Positions 12,053-24,244 of a DNA stretch of 64,000 bases are shown in pieces. Within the stretch, counting starts at the first letter, position 1. The number at the start of each line of letters is the position of its first letter. The position numbers were made by a program, and so were the translations under genes. Below the pieces are notes generated by a model that was not told the origin of the DNA, made no database searches, and was given only the letters and a program-made list of their open reading frames with translations. Source of the DNA: Octopus sinensis (Eukaryota); NCBI RefSeq assembly GCF_006345805.1, contig NC_042998.1, positions 143,964,001 to 144,028,000 of the forward strand. The letters are read 5' to 3'.

Positions 12053-13714
12053 ACACACATATGCTCATGAGCATGTTTGTGTGTTCATTTTTATATTTAG
12101 TTTCATTACTTTACAAACGTGGGTGGAAAGGGGTCGAAAGAAATGGATTTGTTTCCCCCACCCCACCCAGAACACTGCTCGCGGGTCTTTTAACTTAACA
12201 TCTCTCTTCCAGATCGTCTCTCCAGTCTGTGGCAGTTGACCCTCGACCCACTTATAACCACAATGAATGTTTGAGTGACCAAATTAATTACGTCATTTCT
12301 GTCACTTCTACTCCCACTCTTCTTCAGCTCTTCCTTTTCCCCTCTCTTTTTTTTCTAATGTTCACATCAATTCTTCTCTTCCTATTACCCTACTATTATT
12401 CATCCCCCACTTTTAAAAAAAATATATTATCGATCCCTTTACTAGCCTGTCTCTAATTGTACTCTTGTTAACGATGAAACAAACCCTTCCTTCTTTTCCT
12501 TTATATGAGAACTAATTAAGAACCAACTAACCAGATTCGCTTTCTTTTCCCTACTCTAGCTTCTTTTTCTGACAAATAATAAAAACAACCTAAATTTCAC
12601 AATGTGAACGAGAAGGGCTGTCATTATATCTCTACTCCCATCTATACATTTGATAGATTATTATTATCATTGTTGTTGTTGTTATTTCCAAGACATTGCT
12701 ATCCTTTTATTAACTTCGAATTCATCCTGTGTATAGCCTCTTAATTATACATTTCATCTCTTTTTATGCATTTTTATTCTTGTGTGTGTGTGTGTGTGTG
12801 TCGCCTCCTCCTCCCTCACCACCGCCATCACCATCACCAATCTTTTCTTACGGCAGCTTCCCCACCCTTATTCTTTTCCAAAGCCACCGTTCAAATATTT
12901 GTTAACATTCTCTCTCGATATTTAATTCCGTCCCACGAAGAATCAATAAACTCAACGCAGAAATTATACACACACTTAACACACAATACGATATATATAT
13001 AGTGTGTGTGTGGGTGTAAACACGTGCAGACCTATATATGTACACACACTGATTCAATAGACGTAAACACACGATCATCAATTTAATGGATGTAAACATA
13101 TATATGCACACACACATACACACATTAACTAAATAGATGTAAACACGTTTACTGCGAGTGCGCGCGCGTATGTAGTGTGTGTGTGTAATGTGTGTGTGCG
13201 TGTAATGTGTGTTTATGTGACATGCGCACAAAGAAGCACACAAGCTCAATGAAACGCCTCTACTTACATTAATCATGAAATAAAATTTAAAGGAGAAAAG
13301 GGGTCATTTCAAAGAAATATTTATCTCTTGCTTGGAGAAGCTATCGAATTTATACAAAAACAGTGTCTTTCCCCACCACCACACACGCATTCTAAAACTA
13401 ATGTCCATTAAGAATGTGTATTATGTAGCTTTATGTACGAGTTGTTGTTTAGCCCCAGGTCAAAACCTGAACATAAGAACAGACTAATGATCAAAGGTGC
13501 TCCAGATGTGATCATCACATCTTTGATTCAGACATAACACATCTCTCACCAAACTATCTAGTGTGTCCTTTTAACACGGTAGAGTAATTTAAGAGAGATT
13601 TGGCTGCTATTTCTATCAAGTGACCGAATAACTCCCCCCACCTCACTACGCTTCTTCAGTTCGTGTACGTATGACTAGAAAAAATTAGATTTGAAATTAT
13701 AGTTTCAAAATGAT

Positions 13715-14062
13715 AATTCTTTCTAATTTTGGCACAAGGTCAGCAATTTGAGTGGATGGGGCTACTCGATACCATCGATCTCTGTACTTGACAAGTACTT
13801 TATTTTATCGACCTCGAAAGGATGAAAAGCAAGGTCGAACTCGACGGAATTTGAACACAGAGTGCCTTAATAATTATTATTTCCATATAAGCACAAAGCC
13901 AGCAATGTTAAGGGAATGGTTAAGTCGATTACATCAACTCCAGTGTTCAATTGGTATCTTATTTTATCGACTTCAAAAATATGGAAGACAAAGTCGACTT
14001 TGGCGGAATTTGAACTCAGAATGTAGAGCCAGAAGAAATACCGCTAAGCATATTGTCCGACA
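13715..14062 (-). mobile_element. Two tandem copies of the same SINE family
   Basis: TATTTTATCGAC..GAAAGGATGAAA..AAGGTCGA..CGGAATTTGAAC motif twice, CpGs retained. Confidence 0.8.
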
Positions 14063-14285
14063 TTTGAAAATTATACTTTTTCCGCGAAAAAAAGAAAAAA
14101 CGTAATAATTATCTAACAATTAATAATTTAGTTAAAATGCTTTAACAAATGAACGAATTATTGATATCACATACATAACTAGATTAACAGCTATTGAAAA
14201 AAAATGAATTCTGTCGTAAATTTTACGTTTAATAAATAATTTTACTTCGAGCACGAGCATTTTGCCTTCGGGTTTCATCATCAGA

Positions 14286-14760
14286 ACTTACAGAATTTCT
14301 AGAAATTATTTATTTGATGTTCCATGAGAATTTTTTTAGTCTGAAAGCAAGAGAGAGACAGGGTTGTAGTTACTATGGCTAGCCAGCAAGTACTTGTCAT
14401 TTTAACTAAATTGATGCATCTAGCAGCCATGTTTGATAACTGCTGCAGGTAAAATGGTGAACAGTCACACAACACTAATACTTGGATTGTTTCTAGTCAT
14501 CGTTATTATTGTTGTTGTTTAACATAATCTCTTCACACCCATCCGCCTTCTGAACCCAACCCGTTTAATCAGTGGTCGCGATCATAGATGTAAGGGACCT
14601 AACTCTTCTTACTAACTGCTTCTCAAAGTCGCGCAAACTTCACAAAGACGGCGGATGGTAAAACTCGGACTATGTGTTCGTGGCACGACCGAAGAGGCTG
14701 GCTCCTTGTGGGATTCGACGTTGTCGTAAAAACTTGAGAATTTCAGAATAGGTAAAGTGG
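14286..14760. promoter_or_regulatory. Candidate CpG-retaining (possibly bidirectional) promoter / first-exon region
   Basis: Non-repetitive and CpG-rich; divergent YY1-like motifs (AACATGGCTG on minus at ~14430, AAGACGGCGG on plus at 14645), each followed by a donor-like site (GTAAGT minus at 14291; AG|GTAAAG plus at 14752). Confidence 0.3.
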
Positions 14761-15894
14761 GAATCTGTAATGTCGCAGTTTTGGAATAAGGATAAGAGTA
14801 CAGAAATAGTGGTAAAAAAGAAAATATTAACAAAAATTTGAAATGCAATCTTTTACTTGTTTCAGTCATCGGACTTTGGCCATACTGGAGCACTGCATTG
14901 AGGCATTCAGTAGAACAGAAATACCCCAATACTTGTTTTTATGCCTAATACTTATTTTATTGTAGTCTTTTCCCAAACTGCTAAGTTAGGACAAACCAGC
15001 ACCAGTTGCCAAGAAGTGATGGTGCTCGTGCGCAAGCACACATATAAGACGCGCTTCCATACTGTATCAGCCTACCAATTTCACTCATGAGGCATTGGTC
15101 AGTCTGCGACGATAGTAGAAGACTTTCCCAATATGTCACATAGTGGGACTGAACCAAAACGACATGGCTGCAAAAGTAAGCTTCTTAACCACACAGCTAC
15201 CCCCAAACCCCAGAAAAAGAGCAGTGTTGAGGAACTTACCTTTTCCTTTCCCATGAGATGTGCAACTTTGAAGGACAGCTTTGCCAAAAACTCCGTTTTC
15301 GATTTATTGAGATTGCCCCTCCCCTGCCTCACCAAGACGTTATAGCTGGAAAAGAAATTCTTTGATTCCAACTGGGAATGTAAACTGAGGATTTGGAATC
15401 AGTTTCTGTTAGGAACTTACTGCCCCTTCCTAAGGCTTATCATATATTCATCATCATAACCCGTTTTCAACTACACTCAAAGGATTTTGTAATTTTGCAA
15501 GCACAACAGCAGACTTTTGGAATAGCTATTACTACTTCATAGGGAAGAAAAAGAACAAAGAACTGGGTAGTTTCTCCTATTTTTTCATCTTTTAGCATTC
15601 CTGTGCTTCATACTACAGGAATTACAATTTTGACAAAACTGTTCTCCTCACTAATCCTCACTTTCCTTCTGCATGAGGTGGTGATAGGTATTCCTCAAGT
15701 CCATCAACACAACAATCAGCTGTAATAGTATTGTTGATATTTTAATGTGGATATTATAACAGACAAAAATAACTTCAGTAATAATTTTTTTTATCTGATG
15801 TCTCTATTTTACCTTAGAGATATTAGAAATAGATAAAGATGTAACAAAGTTAGAGTCAGTTTGTTACATTGTTATCTATTTGCCTTACCTCTGC

Positions 15895-17330
15895 TCACAC
15901 ACAGGAGACAGGTATATTTAGCCAGGAGAGAAGCAGAAAGGAAGAAGTTTGCCAATGTTCTGCAATGTGAGGACCAAAGACTTGAAGTGTTTTGGATTGC
16001 AACACATCATCATCATCATTGTTCGACCGTGGTCGAGACAATGGAATTTACTATGTTACGCCAGACTTCACGGTCCATCATAGCATTACGGAGGTCTTGT
16101 TGCTGGATGCCTGTATCCCTGGAGATTACATCAGGGTAGGAGAGTGTGCGCCCTCTGGTATTGCGAGTAGATGGCTTCCAGAGGAGAAGAGTAGAAATTA
16201 CTTCTTTTTCAGCTCTACAACAATGTCCAGCAAACTGGACTCTCCTACCTTTCACAAGAGATGACACAGGTGGTAGTTTCCCATATATTTGCATTTTGGT
16301 TGGATGGCGCTTCCAACAGTGTGTGAGAGAAAATAGTGATGTCATAGGAGAGAAATGTATTTTCATGGACAATGGTTCCCTTGCATTTAATGATTTTGCA
16401 AAAAAAGAGGCTTAGAAATGTCCTTATGAAAGGCTGCTAAATGTGGAGAATGCATGGGAGAAGGAGAGTCTGTTAAATATAGACTCAACTGAGGGACCAG
16501 CAATACAACGGAGTGGGAAATAATCAGAACAGCTAAACCATATCAAGCCGGGAGAAGTGGCTGTGACTCCTGTATAGAAGAATTATACCAAATATTTACA
16601 TCAAGAAACAAATTACTATCTAAATTGACAGTACCCTAGTAGATAAAGCAATTAAGAATATGAAGACAGGGAAAGCTCCCAACCCTTCAGGAATCACTGC
16701 TGAGATGCTTAAAATATCTGGTGGAGTAAGATATGGCCTAGTCACCCATATAGTTAATCAGGTTTTTCATGAGGGAATCATACCTAACAATTGGTATAGC
16801 AGCATTATAGTCAACTGCTATAAAGGTAAAGGTGATGCCTTAAACAGAAATAATTACAAAGGCATCAAATTGATGCACCAGGTGATGAAAGTTACTGAAA
16901 GGGTCAAAGCTCAATTAATTAGAAAGAGAGTTAGTGTGGATGAGATGCAGTTCAGATTTGTGCCAGCTAGGAGCTTGACTAATACTATCCTGGCAAGGCA
17001 ACTGCAGAAGTATTTAACCAAAAATAAACCTCTGTACCTGGCTTTTGTCGACATGAAAAAAAATTTTGACAGGATCCCCAACTCTCTTTTATCTGGTGGT
17101 CAATGCAGAAGCTAGGGATTGAAGAGTGGCTAGTGAGAGCTGTACAAGCCATGTACATGGATGCTGCCAGTAAGGTGAAGGTTGGCAATGTGTATAGCAA
17201 TGAATTCAGTGTACAGGTAGAAGTTCACCAAGGTTCAGTTCTCAGCCTTTTCTTGTTTATCTTAGCCTTCCAGGCCTTAACAGAAGAATTCAAGAAAGGC
17301 TGTCCCTGAGAGCTCCTCTACACAGACAAT
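15895..17330 (+). mobile_element. Degraded RTE LINE body carrying two nested insertions
   Basis: RQVYLARREAERKKF.., QCVRENSDVIGEKCI, KTGKAPNPSGITAEMLK, NCYKGKGDAL, FVDMKKNFD, HQGSVLS; same family as 3992-6841. Confidence 0.85.
16005..16313 (-). mobile_element. 3' end of a second RTE-like LINE family nested in the RTE copy
   Basis: ORF 16016..16372 (RRVQFAGHCCR..LLLW...RGR...AMMDREVWR); (ATG)n tail; CAACA duplicated at both flanks; host RTE resumes on either side. Confidence 0.8.
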
Positions 17331-17334
17331 CGAT

Positions 17335-17735
17335 AGAAACAAGGACAGCAGAGGCATCTAGCAGCAGCCATAATATAATAAATAATAGAAGCAAGGTATT
17401 AGATCTCTCTAACTGTGCCATGGATGCAGTATGCCCATTGGACTCAAGTTGTTTGAAAAAGAACCTAGTCTATAGATACAAAACCACTTCTTAGGAAAGG
17501 GCATACTTCTATATAGGGGTCAGCTCTTTTAATTTCAAGAGAAGCCTGGCTAATCACTTCAATTCATTTAGGGATAGAAATAAAACGAATAGTACAAGCC
17601 TAAGCAAACTAATCTTGTCAATTAAAGATAAAAACCATAGTAATACTACAGAGTGGGAAATAATCAGTACAGATATCAAGCAGTGGGGAGTGGCTTTGAC
17701 CTCTGTATAGAAGAATTATACTAAATATTTACATC
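17335..17735 (+). mobile_element. Penelope-like element fragment (GIY-YIG endonuclease)
   Basis: Translates to CPLDSSCLKKNLVY....YFYIGVSSFNFKRSLANHFNSFRDRNKTNSTSLSKLI.SIKD....EWEII; a second shorter copy (EWEIIRTAKPYQAG..CD.CIEELYQI) lies at about 16510-16620. Confidence 0.75.
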
Positions 17736-20700
17736 TGATTCTTTGTGTTCTGAGTTCAAATCCTTTGGTGGCCTACTTGGGTAGTACACTATTGCTCAGT
17801 TTAATACCATTACCTAGTTCTTGAGTACCTTTAGTAGAGTCCACTCTTCTGCAAGCATTCAAGTCATATTTTTGTTTTGAAGATACCGTCTTTCCCACTG
17901 GCCTCAGAGGATCTTTAAATGGCGATGAACATTGCCTTCCCCCTTGAATTTCACCAAATAGCTATTAAAATAGTTATTAGTGTTGTTATACTAAAAATAA
18001 GCAACCCCAAATGAGACTTATCTGATAAACTGGTTCTGTGAATCACTAAAAGACACAGCAACCTAAATCTCCCTCAAATGACATCCAAATCATCTTGAAA
18101 GAAGAAAGTGCATATCAAATAATGCAGTCCTCAATACATTGTGTAAGTGAAATATGGGATGAACAAAACTAAATTGTCTTTGATCATAAATTTTCTCAGT
18201 CAAGTCTGATCTAGGTCTAAACACATCCTGCTAACCTCAGCATGTCACAACTCCACATTTCCATTTCTCTCACAATCAGATTTGGTGTATGTGGTGGTAT
18301 GGGATGAGATGTTTGTGTGGCACTCAACCCTTGATTTTGGAGAGTTTCATGAATTGTCATGCTGACTGAATGCAGGTCACTTTGACACCACAATGAGACA
18401 CAATAAATCTAGTCATTAAATAAACTTCACTCAGAGTAAATATGATCTCAATTCTGTGGGATTTTATTCAGACATTGGATAGAGACCCAACAGAGTTTTT
18501 GCTTCAAAAGAAGTGGCTCTTTTACTTCCATTACACATCTTTAATGCTGTGGCAGAGGTGATGGCAATGATGTTACTGGAGCTGGGTTACTTACAAGGGA
18601 AATTTTGACTTAATGGCCCACTTCACCAAAGTATCAAATGATATGCAGGAGGGTTCTTGGTTATTCTAATACTTCATCCTCACAGTTAACTTTAATAATG
18701 CTATGAGCATTTTGTAGTGTCTCAAAACTTTTAGAGAGTAACACCAATGTTCCCTGGAGGCAATGTATAGTTGATGTAATACGTTTGCATCTTTATTTTT
18801 ACTTATTTACTGAGTTCATGCTATTTCTGTCTTCATTCCTTTTTGCTTTTTTTATTGTTTACTTTTGTTGTGTACTTTAAATAACAAAACACCAAACAAA
18901 CAAGTACCACTAATCAAAGTACAACACTATAAGGTTCCACATGAAAAAAAATTGGTGTAAGTGCTGGTGCCAAGTAAAAAGCACCCAGTACACTGTAAAG
19001 TGGTTCACATTAGGAAGGGCATCCAGTTGTAGAAGCCAAAACAGACTATGGAACCCGGTGTGACCCCTGGCCTAGCCAGTTCCTGTCAAGCCATCCAACC
19101 CATACCAGCATGGAAACTGGATATTAAATGTTGTTGATGATGATGATGATAATAATGACACCTTGTTCTTTCAAGGGCTACCCTGACACCTTATCACCAC
19201 TATTTTTAGTTTTTTCCAACTCCACCTGATCACTACCACCTCCTCTTCTAAAATGTGAACAGTCTTGTAGTTCCTTTACAAGAAGCCTGTTCTGTTCCAG
19301 TCCCTCCTCTTATAAACTGCTTTGCAGTATTTTTCCAACTTTTTACATTTGTTAAAAGAGTGCAATAGGATAAGTACCAGGGTCGATTTGTTCTACTAAA
19401 ACCGTTTGAGGCAGTGCTCCAGCATGGCTGCAAACCAATGACTGAATGAAGTAAAAGGTAAAGGACATGAAAGTGATTCCTTGCAACCTTTTCATGCATG
19501 AATATAGTTGAAATATGGCTTATATGAAGCAAACAAAGTCTTTGTTTATTAACCTTGTTCAGTGTCTTGTATGTTTTATATGTAATTAGATCTGGCTGAA
19601 ATATTGGGGGTTTAAAGTATCTCTTCTGATTTTTCCCTAATTTTTTCCATCTTTGAACCATTTGTCGAGTAAAAAAAAAGATGGAGGAATTGGTTCAAGG
19701 GAAGTAACTGTGCATTTCCGCCTATTTAGAAATTTTAACAGAGAGAAACTAGCTAAACTATAGTGTGTGAATAGATATATGTATATAAAACAATTTCCTG
19801 ATTAACATAAAACAGCATTCCTGGTGGTTTGGGTAAACGGTTTTAAAAATAATTTAAATGAATTATGTATCACAATTATATAAATATTCATTTAATGATG
19901 TTTCAGCTGTTTTCAGCTCAATTAGAGTATCAACTCATTACCATTATTTTACAGGAACTGACGAGCCAGAGAGTTACATATGGTTCCAATGTCAGCTTTG
20001 GAATGGTTTCTACAATTGGATGCCCTTCTTAATGCCAACCACTTTACAGAGTGTGCTGGGTACATTTTTCATGATACCAACACAAGTGAGGTTGCCAACC
20101 AAGTAACTTGCAAAACAAAATACCTTGACAGAGTTAATATAATACATATTATTGAATTTGTTGAACTGAAAACTAGTGACTCCTCAATGATACAATGCAC
20201 TTAATATAGGTGTTAATTTCTCATGGTGCCTATTTGCAAAGCTCATTTTTTCTTTTTAACAAGCTCACTAGCTAATCGCAACACCAGTGCCTGTCCCGCC
20301 ACTGATTTTCAATATATCATTAGCAGGGAGACAAGTTGCTGCTATTGTTGGCAGGAAGATGCATCACTGCTACCTCTAACAGTAGAGCATCCATCATCGA
20401 TGAGACTATGGAAGGTTGAAATCACATGATTTGGTGGTCTTGACACTGTAGTGGGGATTTATCTCCTATGACAGTGTTATAAACAAGCATGCATTTTGTA
20501 CCAATATGAGAGTTTCTCTCGTGGTATCTACCACAGTATAGTTTGTTCTAAAGAACATCCACATTTAAGTGTATATAATATTACCCCACAGACAAACTAA
20601 TGATTATTGTTTCTGTCAGTGATACATCATGGTGAAGATAAGCTATGAGCTAAAAGGTAATCCTAAACTCTTAACTCAATCAGCTGCAACTTTAAACCCT

Positions 20701-20857
20701 GTAACCAACATCATCATCATTTAATGACTGTTTTCCATGCTGGCATGGGTTGGATGGTTTGGCAGGGCATATCAGAAGACTGCACCAAGCTTGACAGTCT
20801 GCTTCGGCTGGGTTTCTGAGTGTACTGAGTGCTTTTTATGTGGTACTAGCAGTAGTG

Positions 20858-21236
20858 CGTCCCCAAAGTCCATCCCCTCCTCACCGTGGTGGGGATGCTG
20901 GCAACGGGTAGTGTCAGAGCTATGCCGTCAGGAACTTCGGTTCCTGATAGGGCCACCCAAGGTGGATTGGTCTGACACCGAGTGGTAATAGGGCTCTGGT
21001 GAAAATCCTCGGAGTGTCTGTTTCGGCAACCGGCGGCTCCTTGGTCGTTCTGTCCCTGCGTCTGCGGACAATCTGCAGCAAACAGGATGTCTCTACATGC
21101 GGGATTGTTGGGGACTGCTTGTGAAATTCATATTCCCACGAAACTTCTTCCACTGCCATGGTTCGAGATGCCTCGAGGGTGGTGGAAGAAGCCGATTAGA
21201 CCCGCCCAGGGTGAATGCCGCCACAAGTACAAGTAA
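20858..21236 (+). mobile_element. Young non-coding RTE-derived short retroelement with TSD
   Basis: 15-bp TSD GTAC(T/C)A(G/A)CAGTAGTG at 20843-20857 and 21237-21251; (CAAGTA)n tail; CpG-rich; contains GAGCTATGCCG...AGGGCCACCCAAG, similar to the RTE/BovB 5' region. Confidence 0.8.
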
Positions 21237-21739
21237 GTACCAACAGTAGTGAGGTGGCTAAATAGTTCACAAGACAAATATCTTTCAATGGAAGGAGGAG
21301 TGGATCTGAGTTAGGTTATGAGATGTTACAATAAGAATAGAGAGACAGAAATAGGTATCTTGCAGTAAAGGAAATACAAACCTATCTCAGGAGGAGGGAA
21401 AGAGAAAAGAGATGATGATGAAAATGTGGCAGGAGTGGGGACACATGAGTTACAGGGAAACATACATAAGTGGAACCAAAGATCAGATTGGGTGAGTGGG
21501 TGGGTAGGTTCATGAGATTGTGAGAAGGGAAGGAATGTAGCAAGTGGACACAAAGAGTAGGAGGGGTGTTAGGAGTACATGTTGTGGGGAAGAGCTTCAA
21601 CAGGGACATAATGTGTGCATGAGGAAAAGGAGAGTGGGAAATAAAGGGAAGGGGAATACAATGTGTAGTAAACTCAAGTGGGGGGGGTGATGTGCTAGGA
21701 AGATGGGTTTTGGAGGAGAGGTTTATCAAACACAGATTG

Positions 21740-22770
21740 TATGCAGGAGCATGGACATGCTTTTATGGCATCAATTCTACTTAGCAGGACAAGTCTTCTC
21801 AAGCACAGCAAATCACTAATCATTTTGATCCTTTGTCATATCTGTGAAGCTCAACATCTGAAGATCATTTTTCTTGTGCAGCTCAACATAGAAGATCCTT
21901 TTTCACTATTTCATTTCTTGTCTTCCTCTTCTGCAGATTTTCTCCACATGTAGAGATCAGCCCTTCTTTATGCAGCTGTCCTCATCCATATGCATCACAG
22001 GAACATGCCAATGCCATCTTCTCTCTTACATACTAACCCTGATGCTTCTTATACCCAGCTTTTCTTTCAACACATTTACACTTTGTCATAAATGCACACT
22101 GACATTACACATTCAGCTGAGCATGCCAAATTCATTTCTTTTAAGCATTTGCATGTCCTTTGCAGTCACAGCCCACATTTCACTACCATGTAGCATAGCT
22201 GTTTGTACACAAGCATCATGCAATTTGCTTTTCACTCTCAAGGAGAGGCCTTTTGTAGCCAACAGACATATGGTTCCTTCTCCATTGCTAATTTCATCAT
22301 CTAGGCAATAGAAACTATCTGCTACTTCTTTGGATCCTCTTGGGGATTGGAAGAAATCTATGTGTTTTTAGTGTTTATTTGGTCCTGCACATCTGCCACA
22401 CATGAAGACTATGCTCTGTTAACCTTTATGTGATTCTACTGCACCTCTTAATTGTCCATAGTTTGCGCTGAATATATCTTATGGAACTTCTACCTACATA
22501 TTTTCTACATACCAATCAGGGCCATTTCCCAGAAGGGACTAGTAACTTACCTGCTTACTAGTCTTTGTTAAATTAACTCTAAGACCCTTTGATTCAAGTC
22601 CTTGCTTCCATTGTGAAATTTCTTCTCTAATTCTACTATAGAATCAGCTATAAAACAATGTCATCAGCATTGAAAAGCTCCCATGGGCAAGCACTTTTAA
22701 ATTCCTGTTATGGCCTGAAGGGCTTTGACAAACAAGAGATGAACTCCTACCTGCATACTAAATTCATTGC
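21740..22770 (-). mobile_element. Degraded RTE LINE (RT, PHD remnant, 3' part)
   Basis: Reverse complement resembles 4400-5500 (CPWELF.ADD, LESRGL.VN..KT, WPC, CGRC, AMLHGSE.WA). Confidence 0.75.
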
Positions 22771-24244
22771 TATACTCATTGCTGGCCCGGATTAGTTGTG
22801 GTAAAACAACATCCAACAAAAGCCGACATAGAGACACAAAGAATCAACTCTTGAATCAGAAGATGGAACTAATTTTTTACTCCACATATATGCCTGACAT
22901 TGAGGCAAGTATCTTCTACTGGAGCCCTGGATCAACGAAAGCCTTGTGAATGGATTTGATAGACAGAAATTGAAAGAAGCCTGTTGTGTGTGTGTACCCT
23001 TGTTTCATCATCATGATAGTTGTAAACAAGCATCAAAATCATGTAAGTGATGCTGTTCATTTATAGTCTTTGTTGGAAAACTTGCTGGGAGCTATGGAGA
23101 AAAACTACCTTGCTTGGAAAAAGGTAAAGGTTGGCAACAGGACCAGAGAATATCTACCCCAACAAATTCTGTCTGACTCATGCCAGCATGGAAAAGTGGA
23201 CATTAAATGATGATGCCTCCCACCCACCACCACAATACTCAAAGTTTTAAAATGTCAAGATATATAACATTTGCAAAAGCTGCACTTTGTTATTATTCTA
23301 GCTATAAGAACATTAGCTTTGGCTAAAATTCAACTTATTGCCTCTTGAATCTTTTAGTTCCTATTTCAAAGAGATTTTGTTGAGAGAGTATTTAATACGA
23401 GATTGAGTAATCTGGCTTCTGTTGAGTAAATGATTTTGAATTTGTGTTAGGCTTTATTGATGAACTTAAACACTGATAGGTTGTAACAATTATCATTGCA
23501 GAATGTTGGAAAACTTCATGACATTCATGCATTTCACAACAGCTTTAAAAATAAAACTGGCACTGGCATGGCTGTATGATTAAGAAGTTTGCTTCACAAC
23601 CATGTGGTTTTCAGTTCAGTCACGGTGTAGGCAATTGGGGAAAGTGTCTTCCACTACAGCCTCAAGACAACTAATGCCCTGTGATTGTATTATTAGATAA
23701 ATAGAACCTTAAAGAAGCCCATCACATACATGTGTTTGTTTCTTTATCTTGATATAGCATAACAGTTATAAACATGTGTCAATGTCATAAGCAATATTGC
23801 TGATTTCCATCTTCTGTGAAAACATGTCTGGTCATGGGGAAATATTACCTTACTTGGAAACAGGTGAGGGTTGGAGACAGAAAGGGCATCTGATTGTAGA
23901 AACCTTGCTTCAAATTCTGTCCAACCTATGCAAACATGGAAAAGGGATTGTTAAAACTCTGCACACTTACCCTGCCTTACCTTATGGTATCTGACAACAC
24001 CTTTTTATCAGTGAAGGATGAGCATGAAATCATGAAATGAACATGAATCCAATAAAAAATGAGTAGAAGAGAGTGAGTCATCTAACAATGTATAATAATT
24101 GATATTTTACTTCAGATTGATGTTTGTTGTTTGGATATAAACACAGGAGAACAGAGTCACTGAGGAGACATTCAAAATTGATAACACAAAACAGACAAAG
24201 GCAAAACATGTAATAAAAAATAATATAAAGAAAAAAGTATACAA

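Noticed and set aside
14240-14290. CTGATGA...GAAA on the minus strand as a hammerhead ribozyme
   Set aside because: No stem II fits between CUGAUGA and GAAA, and there are no convincing stems I/III.
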